Source of the DNA: Lingula anatina
Lineage: Eukaryota > Animalia > Brachiopoda
DNA length: 64,000 nucleotides
Assembly: GCA_051362555.1 (NCBI GenBank)
Contig: CM120643.1
Coordinates: 18,232,848 to 18,296,847 of the forward strand
Direction of reading: 5' to 3'
Part shown: piece after piece, positions 34,701 through 46,251 of the stretch
Layout: every line of letters starts with the position of its first letter
Position numbering within the stretch: position 1 is the stretch's first letter
Position numbers and translations under genes: made by a program
The notes under the pieces: generated by a model
What the model saw: the letters and a program-made list of their open reading frames with translations, nothing else
Told to the model about the DNA's origin: nothing
Databases searched by the model: none

Positions 34701-37700
34701 CTCGTCCCCGCTTTGGACCCTCAAGAAAAGTTCATCTTTTTTTGGTGGAGAGCCATGGAGTTCCTCTTCCATGTAAAAAAACTCTTCTTCAGGACATCAT
34801 ACTGGCAGTTGCTCATAACCTTTAGGTCTAAAAAAGCAAATCAAAATAATAATAATAATAATTTATTAAGATTGCAACCCAGTGGGTTGAAGTTGTACAT
34901 AGTGTTAAGAAAATTATAATGAAAATAAAGTGAATATTTGCTTGAATAAAACGGAGTTAAAAGACTGCTAATTGAACTTTAAAATTATTGTACTTAGGAT
35001 AAAAGACAACATAATACTATTGGAAATTTAAAAGTGCATACGGAATAAAAGAGCATCAGAATCTGTCGGTCTTAAATTGTGGCACTTTGTTACTATTGTT
35101 TGATCTTAAAAGACGATTGGATTGATCAATAAAGATGTGATTCAGTTTGTCAGAGGATTCAGTTATTTTGTAAAAGAAAGTTTTGCACAGATCTCTTCGT
35201 TTATCTAAAGTACACATATGCCAGGTTCAGGGTTTCATCATAGTACAGGTCAGGGAAAATAATCTTCAAAGCACGAGTTTGGTCAGTCTCTTAGAGTTTG
35301 CATTGCTCTATAGTTAGTCCTGGATGCCACACAGGGCAGGCATATTCTAGAATTGAGTGCACAATACTTTGGTAAAGCTTAGCTCGTTTCAGTTGACGGA
35401 GGAAATAGAGTCTTGCATTATGTTTACATTATGTGTCGCCAATTTGGAAAAAAAACTGATAAAAGAGAAATCATGCACCTATATGCCTAATATATGAGGA
35501 GTGAATATCAGCTTATTAAAATTCTGCTTACTCTAAAGACATGTTTTAGTCCCATGTTGGATCATCAGGATCCTTTAATTCCCTCTTCTTCAGCATCTTC
35601 CTCCTCTTCCATCTGCACTTCTTCCAGTTCAGGCATACCATAGGAAAAAGTTACCTTGATACTGCAACCAAAAAAAAAAAAAAAAAAGCAACAGTACATA
35701 AAATAAGATAATCGAGTTTGAGAAAAATTATGTAAAAACATAACTGAAATAAGTATAAAACTCAACTGAAATAAGTATAAATGCCATTTTTCTCAATATG
35801 ATCACCTTAAATTATCTAGACTGTCATCTTCAACTGCACTAGTATTAACTACAACTTAATTTTGAAGTTTCTTGATCACTTCATATTGGTTTAATCTCCA
35901 AAATACTGGTTGGAAGTTAAAATTGTATGATCTAAATTATTACTCTGGACTATTTAATACATTAGAGAGATGTACCAAACATAAACATGCAATATCCCCT
36001 TTCTGATTTATTTATTTTTAATGTAAAAAGGAGACAAATTGTCTTTAAAATATAAAATCAAAATACTACTATTTATTTTCACTTATAGTTGACATGCCAT
36101 TTAACATTGGGTTAAACTTAGATACAATAACAGCTTCTGCACATTCATTTTGGGATTTAGATGCCTAAAGAAATAGCATCTTTGTCATATGTCTTAATTA
36201 CTGTGGTATGCCTAGATGTTAGAGGCACAAGAAATGTGCCCTCGGTAAGTCAAAAATTCGCCCTGGTCATTGTAATGTATATGTAATGAGACTAGTATCT
36301 CCCACCATGTCCGTTTTTATTTAAACTTTCTTTGCTCTATAAACTAACCCAAACCCTGTCAGAGTCGACATATGAGCAGCACTTGCAATTTCTGTCATCG
36401 ATACCACTCATATTAGTTACAATTTCATGGCATATTTTGACAGACGAGCCTGACAATCGTTAAGATATACAACAAACACACGTAAATAAACATAAATCTC
36501 TGTGCTTAATAAATATTTTCACTGGTGTCTTATCTCAAAGATTATTGTAAATGGTACTCACAAATCCAGTAAATACTTCGCGGCCAGGCCATTCTTCGTA
36601 TCCATGGCCACCCAAGCAGGTTTTCATCTGCCTTCTTCCTCGCCGGTGTTTATTGTTTGCCTGTCGTACGTTTGCTGATACATTGTTTTACGCATGTTTT
36701 TTGTAAAGGCTGTTTCTTTTTTCTTTTTGTTATCTGTCTTCGCTTCTTCGAAGGACTCCCAGCATAACTAAGCCTCCTGTTTCACGTTGTCATTTCCCGG
36801 CAGCTTGAACTGGTTTTAGTAGGGGAGCCAAACTCCAAAAGCCTTCAAAAAAGGGTAGTAAAAAAAATTTAATGATATAAAATTTTCGAACATATCGTTG
36901 GAGAGCCTGATACCTGGGGTTTATGAATCTGCTTATTGGACAAATGGGCTCAATTGCGAAAGTGCCCAAAAATCCAAGATGGCCGCCAGCAATGGTGAAT
37001 ACAGAGAACAAGCATCAATTATGAAAAATGGTTGATATTTTCAGTTTCTTTAGGTTTAGATGTTTGTGTTGTCCATATATTGTGGAAATATGTACTCTCT
37101 GGTGATCAATAGCTAGATTTAGTCAATTGGATTCAAAATGGCCGCTTTATCCAAGATGGCGGCCAATTTTTCACCATTTTTTGCAATTAAATAATGTTTG
37201 CTTTTATTTTGTATTATATTCAATTATTATTAAAGCAAACTGTTATCAAATATAGGTTGTCTACAATATTTTCTGCATTTCAAGTATCTGTTTACAGAAT
37301 GATGGCTTGATGCATAAGAGAAAAATCCAAGATGGCCGCCAGCCATGGTGAATACACAGAATAAGCATCAATTATGAAAAGTGATTAATATTTTTTTTGC
37401 TGAGGTCTACATTACTTTTATTGTGTATATATTGTGGAAATATGCACTTCCTGGTGATCTGTAGCAATAATTTGACAACTGGGTTCAAAATGGCCGCATC
37501 ATCCAAGATGGCGGACAATATTTCACTATTTTTTGCAATTAAGTCATGTTTTCTTCAATCTAGAATTTCTTTTAAGAGTGATATAAGAAAAAACTGTCAT
37601 AACATATAGCTTTTTATAATATTTCACACATTTCTGTTGTCTGCATGCACTATGTAGCTTTTTGATTAAGAGAAAAATCCAATATGGCCGCCACACACCC

Positions 37701-40700
37701 CTCACCATAATGAGTCAGAAGGACAATGTATATCTTTTTGAAAGTTGAAATACCTTATTAAATGAAGTATATTTTATTTTTATTTTACAATATGCAGGTA
37801 TAGAGCAATTGCTTTAAATATTTCAAGGTAAATTTGAGATGGTGTCTTGACCCAAGATGGCTGCTTTATTCAAGATGGCGGCCAAAAATTTGGCAATTTT
37901 TGCAGTTAGGTCATGTTTTATTTAATCTAGAATTACTTTCAATCTTGATAGAAGCAACACACCATCAAATATAAGTTATGTACAGTATGACCTGTATTTC
38001 CTCTTTCTGTACAGTATTAATCTTTATAGTTAGAAAAAAATCCAACATGGCCACCATGCATGTCGACCGTTATGGCCCAAAGGTGCGCACAGCATGCACC
38101 TTATTTGCAAGATCAAATATCTTCTTCAATGAAGTATATTCCATGTTTCCTTTGCAATTTATTGGTAAAGGACAATTGCTTATTTTTGAATGTAAAGCTG
38201 AGACCATATCTTTTTTCAAAATGGCTTATTTATCCAAGATGGCTGCCTTTATTTTACCATTTTCGCAACTGAGGCACATGTTCTATAATCTAGAAATTAT
38301 TTCAAACATGGTAAAAGCAATATTTTAAGAAATATAAATTCTCCTAAATATCTCCTACATTTTAATATTTGTAAAGAATATGATTAAGCCTTTTTCATTA
38401 GAGAAAAAACCAATTTGGCTGCCATATACCCCTTACCATTACAAATCAATGGTACCATGTGTACTTTACTGATAGTTGAAATCTGTTATTTAATGTATAT
38501 TTTTCAGGTGGCACTGATATAGATTTTATAGATGACATCAAAGACTTGTCATCCCAGATGTCATGTAATGAACTTTTCTTTATATATGGATTGAATGTCA
38601 TAAAAATGTAGGATGCTTAATTCAAGTGTGGGCTTGAAATAGGACATTACGATTTCGACTAACTTAGTGGCTAATGCAATCTAAAGATTCTACACTTCAT
38701 GCCAGATTTACATAAGGTCGCACAAAGAAAACCCAAGTCCACATAATGACCAGTTAAAGGATTTATTCGTTGATGTTTCTAAGTCATCAAATCCTAACTT
38801 CTTGAAAACACGTCTGCTCCGTTTTTCCCAATCTCCTCTCCTCTTCCTCTTTTCTCTCCCAAAGATATAAATTCTCATTGCTTATATACCAATTTCTTAT
38901 CTTATGTAGATCTAAACATTAATTTCCTATAATTGTATAGTTAAATTTTTCACTTGAGCATAATACAAAGAGGCCGGCACAAAACTCCAAAGCTGTTGGA
39001 CCACATCAGGTTACATCATGAGACTTCATAAAATATATTTTTTATCTTAATGCCGGACATGACAGGCATGTATGTTACTATAATGTTGCCATGCAGCATT
39101 ACTTTTAACTTAACAATTAATATTAAGTTGGGTTTATTTAGATGATGTGGACCTTTAAAACTTGATTTCAGAGGTAAAACAGGATTACAAACATATTTCA
39201 AAATATGTGGTAATTATCCTTCACACAACAGGCATATATTCATTTTTCATAACATCTCTGCTCATCCATCATTCCTGACAAGCTCTCTCCAACTGTAACA
39301 TGTTTCTATACCTCTGGATGCTGTTCTGATAGTTATCTTTTGGAATAAGGCTTTGAGAAGCTGCTGGCCATACCAAACTAACCACGTTATAAGCAGTTTT
39401 GAATTTCTCTGTGGGGGCATGCCTTTTTTGTCCATAAAAATTAGTTGCTATTAGATGTGCACCTGAATATGTAGGGACACTACATTGATCAATACTTCTT
39501 CCCTGTATCTAGCACTGTTAAAGGGTCATGGAATAAGAACCAAGGACAATCTGTGGTCATGGGTGTATCCATCTCTTAACATTATGAATCCTCCACCACC
39601 CTGCTGCCTTGGAAGGATACAATATTTTCCACAGGTTTCACCAGCTCAAATCAGCATAGTAGATACAGGGACAAGATCCACGTCAAAATAATGCTTATCG
39701 AGTACCTTATGTTATGGTTCCTTCAGTTCATTGCCCAATGGGTGAAATACCTTTTTGTGCTTGGTGATCAGATTTTCTTTTCCCAAAGGAAAGTGGAAAC
39801 TAAAGGATCCGACGCGTCTAAGATTCCTCCTGAGGAAACATGGTGTTACAGTGGATTGGAGAATTGGAGCATTTAGTACTTGGGTATTTCATTAAGCATA
39901 TTGGTAAAGAGGTCATGGTATATTCCTCAGAACCTAGCCATACACATAGGTCACTGCAGGTTGCAAAAATTGGAAGGTTTCTTCCAATTCATACATTGAT
40001 CTTTGTCTTACATATTACATAAAGAACTTATGGTCCACATGGATGTGGTTTGAGTACAGTTTATGAGCTTACCGGGCGTAATTTCTTTAACTCTCCTTAT
40101 AAGCATGGGAAGTGCAAATGCTTGGCATTTTGTAATCTTTTCCAGCATGGAGGATAATGTCACCACCTTACAGTTACATGGTATTATGGAAGAGGCGCGC
40201 ATGATTTTTGTACAGCTATATGGATTTTTGGGTCTTAAGATATGACCAAAGGCCCTGCATATTTGCTTCTTGCAAAGCAGATCTTAGGTTTCTCCTCCCA
40301 ACTGAGGATGCTCTTCATTTCTATACCTTATGAGCTTTACCCTTACCAAAATATCAGGTCAGTTGCAAACTTACTGCTTTATTGCTGCAAATCTTCTGCA
40401 AATTGCAATTCCTTCTTTCCAATTTGCTGCAATATTCTGCAAATCAGCAGCAATAAAATTAATGATGACTTAATGATGTGGGACATTATAAACTGCTAAA
40501 CAGCAAAATGCATAGTTGTGGCCACCATCTGTATTCCCAAAAATAAATTGCAACTAGAAAAGCACCTCGAGAGCGCAGACCTCTGTCAAGGCAGCAAAGT
40601 CTCCACCCAATGCTGTTTCACCCCTAAATTTTCATTCTATAATGATCTAGTTTTTTTTATTATTGATTGATTATTGATCTGGATCACCACCAAAAACTAA

Positions 40701-43700
40701 TAATCTGTTCCTTAGCCCACTTCTGGCAGCTTCTGAATATTTCATCAAAATTGGTCCATAACTTGATTTTTTTATTTTTGATTATTGATTGATTATTGAT
40801 CCAGGTCACTTCTAAGTTAACCCATTTCTGACCTACCCTGAAAATTCTATCGAAATTCATCCATAACTTTCTGAGTCATGTTGATGACAAACAAACAAAA
40901 AACAAACAAGCAGGGGTAAAAACATAACCTCCTTGGCGGAGGTAACTAAAACACCAATGTAATAAATGAAACAAGTATCTATTGCATAGTTAAATAAATG
41001 TTGTTTGAAGTTTCAATAAAATATGAGTTTAGCTTTGATTCCATGAAGTGAAATTTGCATGGAATTGGAATTATTATTGTACAAAACCTTTGAGCTTCTT
41101 TTTGATAAACAAATAAATAGATAATGATGTTATTCTAGACATGTAATTTGACAACATAGTTGTTAGGCTAAAAATACAATGGTCCAAGAACATGCATATG
41201 AATGTGAAGAAACTTGTAAATAATTTACTGTGAATAAACATGCTATCTTAAATTTATCTGCAAAAAGTGAAAAAATTCTCATATACCCATATATTGTAAA
41301 ATAAAAATGAAATGTACTTCATCAAAGGAGATATTTCAACTTTTTATGAGATACGTCACTTTGTTTCATATGAGGGTAATGATAAGGGATTTATGGTGGC
41401 CATTTTGGGTATTTCTATAAGCATAAAGCCTTCTTTCTGTATAAAGATAGTAAAAATGCAGGAAGTTAGGATAGAGCATCTATGTTTGATGAAATTTTGC
41501 TTCTAGAAGATTGAAAAAAATTCTGACAAAAAGAAAAGGGATTAAATTGCAAAATTGGTCAAATTTTGGCTGCCATATTGGATAGAGTGGCCATATTGGA
41601 TTAATAGGTAGTGTATAATTAAACATCATAAAATAAAAAACAAGTGTACTTTACCAAATGTTTTAAAATGAAATTATAATATACTTCATTGAATGAGATA
41701 TACCAACTTTTGATATGATATGTTTCGCCTTTGACTCATATTGGTAAGGGGTGTATGGCAGCCATATTGGATTTTTCTCTAATCATCTAACTTTAATTAT
41801 GCATTCAGATAGCAAAAATGCACACAGTATTGGAGAAATTCTATATTTGATAAAATTTAGCTTTTTCCATGATTGAAAGTAGTTCTAGATTACAGAAACC
41901 ATGACTTCATTGCAAAAACTTGTGAAAATTTGGCCGCCATCTTGGATAAAGTTGCCATCTTGGATTGAAATAGCTCTTTGAATTTACCTCTAAAATACTG
42001 AAGCAATTCCCCTTCACCCAAAAATTGTTAAATAGAAATAGCATTTGCTTCATTAAAGTAGATATTTGAACTTTTCTATAAAAGACAGGTAGTACCCTTG
42101 ACTCATAATGGTAAAGGGTGCATGGCGGCCATATTGGATTTTTTTGTATTCACAAAGCCTCTATATTACACATAGATGGTACAAATGCAGAAAATAGTAG
42201 AGGCAATCTTTATTTGATAAATGTTTGCTCATATCATGATTGAAAGAAATTGTAGATCAATGAAAAGAGGATTTAATTGCAAAAAATGTTGAAATATTGG
42301 CCGCCATCTTGGATAGAACGGCCATTTTGAATCCAATTGACCAATTTCTGCTACAGATCACCAGATAGTACATATTTCCACAATATATGGACAATAAAAA
42401 TATCTACCCTGAAACTAAATGAAAATATCAACCATTTTTCATAATTTATCCATTTATTGCATATTCCTTAGGGGTGGCGGCCATCTTGGATTTTTGGGCA
42501 CTTTCGCAATTGAGCCCATTTGTCCAATAAGCAGATTCATAAACCCCAGATATCAGGCTCTCCGACCATATATTCGAAAATTTTATATCATAAAAATTTT
42601 TTTTCACCCTAATTTTTTGCCTTGGCTCCCCTACTATTTTAACTAGGTCGCAATACGAGAATCTCGCGAGATCCGGAAGTCTAGAGAGCTCAATTATGAA
42701 AATGGAGGTGGTTGTTGGTAAACCTCCGCTTAAGCGGAGGTTTTCTTTTTATTGTATTTTCCAAAAATGTTACAGAGCGATGGCGAGTGCCGGGAATGAT
42801 AGATTAAAGGTTGGTAAATCGCGGAAAAGTAGTGTTAACCTCGGGATAAATCAGGATAAATCAATTTTGGCGCGAAAATCCTCTTTTGTGTCCTTTTAAG
42901 TTGTGCCTTGAACTCATATGTACAGCCAGGAAATTAAAACAGATGCCTCTGAGACATTTTTTTTTCTTTTTTCAGGTTCATCGAATATCGTAACAGGGGA
43001 AACAAAAAGCATTTTCAGTGTGGCTAAGGCGGTAGGTTTGACACGTATATAAACTCATACAGGGGCTGGGAGTGGGGGTCGTCCGTACTCTTAAAAAAAG
43101 AATAGGGGGTTAAAGCAGGTTCTTTCTCTTTCTAAAACGGATATCATATCCTAGGTCTACCAAAAGATGTCCACAGGCTCTTTGGAACTAATTAAGGTGG
43201 GAGTATCAAATCAGAAAAAGAAAAACAGCGACAGGCGGGCGGAGAAGTTTTCTCCCCCCCCCCCCCCCCAACCTCTCACATACACCGCCTCCTACGCCCA
43301 AGAATATGGTAAAATATCCAAATTTGAAGTATTTTCGTTGATGGTGATGAAAGGTCAAGTTGTTTTCCTCCACATTGATATCCTTAACCTTCAATGTTAC
43401 GGAAGGTGTTCGGTTGTTCGTGAGATAATTGGACGATGACGTACGAGCATCAGGTGTCCATTTGTCATCCAAACCACAGTATTTAATTGAGACTTGAAGT
43501 CAATACTATAGAATCATTCAATGCCATGTGGTGAATGCATGGCTAAGGAAAAATAAATATAATGAAACAAAATACTCAGTAAACTAGACCTAGCAGATAC
43601 CAACAGATGGCTACAAGGATGACTAAAGTATATACTCTCTTTTTCAGTGGTGGCAGATAGACAAAATCAGCCCCATCAAACTTTACGATGAAAACAAATC

Positions 43701-46251
43701 GATTTCCGGCTTCAACCTACGGCAGTTGTTATTCCACCAAGGGAAGCACGCCTACGTGCGTGATGTCATGAACATCCTGTTTAAAATGTACAACCAAGGA
43801 AAGATTAAGCCTGTTATCGACTCGGTAGTTGCCTTTGAAGACGTAAGTTGTCAGTTATCAGCATTTTTGTTTTAAACTGTAAAAAAAGAAAAAAAAAAAA
43901 AAAAAAAAAAAAACTGCCTTCAGCATGTATCCCATGTCTATACAACAACTACTACATTATGTAGTAACCCACATTACAACAAACATTTATCATATCCATT
44001 GGGTGACCAAGGTACCAGTGCATTGTTTTTCAAGGGGGTGGATAAAAATGTGTAATTTCAGTGACGTGACCCTCATAACATGTCACAATACCACGGTTGC
44101 ACATCGATATGACCAGGATTCACCTTTCTTTTCTATATGGCCCATCCAATCATCCATTTACATGATTAATATTATTAATGTACTAAACATGCAAATATAA
44201 GCAAACGGCGGTGGCTCGATCATGATCACATTGATCCATATACAGGTACCGGTCGTTGTCTACATTGGCCCCAATGGCACCTTTTTTACAGGAAAAAATT
44301 TGTTTAACGCACCTGTTATTAACGAAAAGCAAATAAGGCACGGTGAACGTTTCAAACCAAGAGGACCTCAGTGGATTTGTCTTGAACTGAAATTGATTTA
44401 GTATTTTTAAGACCAATATTCAGACTGAAATTTGTTTGTGAAGCTGATCCCTGGATGTCACTTGGTGCTGGAATGAGAAGGGAAGTGCATAAATAGCCTC
44501 AATTATTTTCATTTTTTTCATTTCATTTTTTTTTTTTTTTTTTGTATTATGAAAACATAGTCATTGTTTCTGTCAATTCTGCGTAATTTGGTAAATTTTC
44601 ATATGAACATGAGTGATGTGTAAACGATTATGTTTGGTTTGTATCTACATTTAGGATAGGTATGGATAACTCTTTTCAGATTGGTGAAGCAATGCAAAAG
44701 ATGCACGATCGGAAGAACGTGGGTTCCATCGTCCTTGATCCCACAATGACCTCTAGCAAGGTAAAGGACACCGATGGTGGTAATTCATTTTTGCATCAAC
44801 GCTTGCTTAATGGAATCCATTTTCCAAATGTTCTGTCTAACAACAAATAAGGCTGCATGTTGGGATGGGCATGGCACTCTCTGGAAGGCATAGGAATGCG
44901 TATAACAATATAAATAAATGTCGGTGCGTTTTCTCTCCTGGAAGTAGCACGTAGGGGAGACCGGGGCTAGTTGGACCCCGGGGTAAGTTGCCCCCCCCCC
45001 CCCCCCCCCCCATCAAAGTTACTTTAAGATGCTAAATTATTTCATTTGGACTCACTGCTGACGCTTTCTTAGCACTATTGGATACGGTCACTTTACAAAA
45101 TGATGCGATCAATTATTTTACCCCATAGTTACTTTGTCATAAATTGATGGGGGGGGGGGGGGGGGCAACTAACCCCGGTGTCCAACTAGCCCCGGTCTCC
45201 CCTACCCGGTTCACATGCATGTATAGGTTTTCGTTACATTTGCATCAGATAATGTACAATCGTATCTTGGGCTTTGTGGTGATTGTTCAATGGTTGTGGA
45301 AAAAATGCTCTTTCCGTGCATGATGGATTTGGTCTTAGTTCAGCTATGAGAAACGGGATTTTTAAAGATAACACGATATTTAAGTATATTGTATTTTAGG
45401 CTGCAGAGAGCAACGTGACATGAATCTATTTTTGGTTTGCTAGCTAGGTTCAGCTTATAGTATATTTTGGGAAGTTGTAGTGATACATTGCCAAAATGAT
45501 ACCGACATCTGAAAAACGAGGGGATTATATTTGTAATAAACACTAGAAAGGGGACCTATTTACAATTCCTTTACACGGTTAAAATATATTCTGGTATATA
45601 TGACTGATATACTTGTTTATGTACATGTTGTAATTTGTAGCTCTGTTCATGTATTTGGAAGGTTTCGTGTATTTTTGTATTAATGAATGTAATCATTTAT
45701 GTCTCTATTTCGAAACTCAAATCATAAATACTGATTTTATAGTGGTGTATTTTTCTAATAAAAGTAAATAAAAAGTAAAACAGCACGCCTAATGAATAAA
45801 TGTAGGCCTATTAGTATATATTGTGAATGCAAAACATACATACAGTGTACAGGGTATTGCAATTAATCCGCCTGCTAGGAGATGTGAATATTGCCCAACT
45901 TATTCATTTAGCAAAACATACATGTATTTCATCTATAAAAGTTAGTGTTCAAACTTCTCGTTGAGTGTGATATTACGTTTAATGTGAAGTTTACCCCTTT
46001 TCTCTTTTTTAATATGCTAGTTTTCATTTATCATTGATAAAGCTTGCATTTCTCTCTAATCCATGTGGCTGACTTGGGACATTTTACTGGTGCTTTTGTT
46101 GTTATGCTTGCGATTGCTTTTTCTTTCTTTTTTGGAGGATCGCCTGAATATAAACTTCACCCTCATTACGCTCCAGAATGCAGCACCGGAAACAGTGAAC
46201 CAAAACGAGGCTGAACACAAAGCAGACGACACCAATGCAGAGACGAAATAA
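21874..46251 (+). CDS. VAT1L: Synaptic vesicle membrane protein VAT-1 homolog-like (MDR/quinone oxidoreductase family), nine exons
   Basis: GT-AG exons in phase: 21874-22088, 26567-26696, 29658-29873, 30391-30533, 31454-31557, 42976-43031, 43648-43842, 44680-44760, 46177-46251 (TAA). Translation includes EMRSIVLTGFGG, RVKACGLSFLDLMARQG, HSVGGGVG, GVDLVLDSLCGED, SSNIVTGETKS, WWQIDKISPIKLYDENK and MQKMHDRKNVG, as in VAT1L-type proteins. Confidence 0.93.
25811..26147. mobile_element. Kolobok-type MITE (TTAA TSD)
   Basis: TTAA, then agggataataactctt ... aagagttattatccct, then TTAA: a perfect 16-bp TIR with AG...CT ends, 337 bp long. Confidence 0.85.
29882..30250. repeat. Compound microsatellite cluster in VAT1L intron 3
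   Basis: (TTTA)n, (TAA)n, (TTA)n, poly-A, (TA)n and (GA)n tracts in close succession. Confidence 0.9.
31087..31215 (+). repeat. Dispersed repeat family, three diverged copies in the window
   Basis: gctgtgacaggaatggtaatcct...atggaa...aatgtcacctg here; similar text at ~19835-19930 and ~1837-1937. Confidence 0.55.
32124..33390 (+). pseudogene. Possible decayed second (accessory) gene of the Kolobok element
   Basis: CpG-rich start with a gccatcttg motif; exon-like blocks 32124-32198 (GTAAGC donor), ~32644-32699 and ~33185-33390 with AG/GT borders. No intact frame could be assembled. Confidence 0.3.
33880..36793 (-). pseudogene. Decayed Kolobok transposase-like gene (N-terminal part)
   Basis: ATG 36793 opens a basic frame MTT*NRRLSYAGSPSKKRRQ..., with TGA stops plausibly from CGA, ending at a GTGAGT donor (~36560). 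An acidic exon lies at ~35550-35660. Further fragments: SERLFLTFECCLQDIF (34641-34700), HPFAW (~34070) and GDNLL/SAILMG (~33995-34030), recalling Kolobok transposase N-terminal motifs. Confidence 0.55.
34845..35450 (-). mobile_element. 5'-truncated CR1/L2-group LINE, ORF2 C-terminal fragment
   Basis: Minus strand reads ARLYFLRQLKRA..YQSIVHSILEYACPVWHPGL....Q..ALKIIFP...Y and ends TDRF*CSFIPYALLNFQ* (stop at 35017-35019), followed by a short UTR and a (TAT)n-like tail. Confidence 0.85.
39600..40360 (+). pseudogene. Academ transposase remnant (XPG/PIN-like C-terminal region)
   Basis: Frameshifted fragments YELTGRNFFNSPYKHGK (cf. HAxTGCDxxSxFxGxGK), ARMIFVQLYG and DLRFLLPTEDALHFYTL*A (cf. LPPTxxALxxHxxRA). 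The 5' boundary is approximate. Confidence 0.7.
40553..40945 (-). mobile_element. Non-autonomous Helentron/HINE-type element nested in the Academ element
   Basis: Minus strand: 5' ttacctccgccaaggaggtt hairpin/subTIR, a (TTTG)n tract, a duplicated internal core, 3' subTIR ccttgacagaggt, a short hairpin gcgctctcgaggtgc, and a CTAGT terminus. Confidence 0.8.
42655..42682 (-). promoter_or_regulatory. Candidate promoter motifs of the Kolobok transposase gene
   Basis: Palindrome TCTCGCGAGA (42662-42671) next to CCGGAAGT (ETS-like); about 50 bp upstream of ATG 36793 once the Academ insert is removed. Confidence 0.5.
44954..45202. mobile_element. Tc1/mariner-pogo-type MITE with TA TSD
   Basis: TA, then ggggagaccggggctagttggac ... 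gtccaactagccccggtctcccc, then TA; the TIR extends through the C/G homopolymers. Confidence 0.88.

Larger units (their letters stand above)
36817..42636. mobile_element. Academ-type DNA transposon (internally deleted/decayed), nested in the Kolobok element
   Basis: Termini TAGTAGGGGAGCCAA...TTGGCTCCCCTACTA, 3-bp TSD TTT, long imperfect TIRs with repeated ccaagatggc(c/g)gcc motifs, and an internal transposase remnant. Confidence 0.85.
31895..42895. mobile_element. Kolobok-type DNA transposon (decayed), 11 kb including nested inserts, in VAT1L intron 5
   Basis: TTAA at 31891-31894 and 42896-42899. Imperfect TIR agggacaaaaaataggatt versus (reverse complement) aaggacacaaaagaggatt, 16 of 19 matching, with RR...YY termini. 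Contains two convergent decayed spliced genes with opposed AATAAA signals near 33670-33775. Confidence 0.8.

Noticed and set aside
36974-38425. Regularly spaced short motifs resembling a CRISPR array
   Set aside because: Eukaryotic context, degenerate motifs, ~160-bp mutually related spacers, mirrored at the other element end, and no cas genes.
36790-42646. ORFs 36790-37011 (-) and 42419-42646 (+) share GGHLGFLGTFAIEPICPISRFINPRYQAL, suggesting duplicated genes
   Set aside because: They are chance translations of the two Academ terminal inverted repeats.
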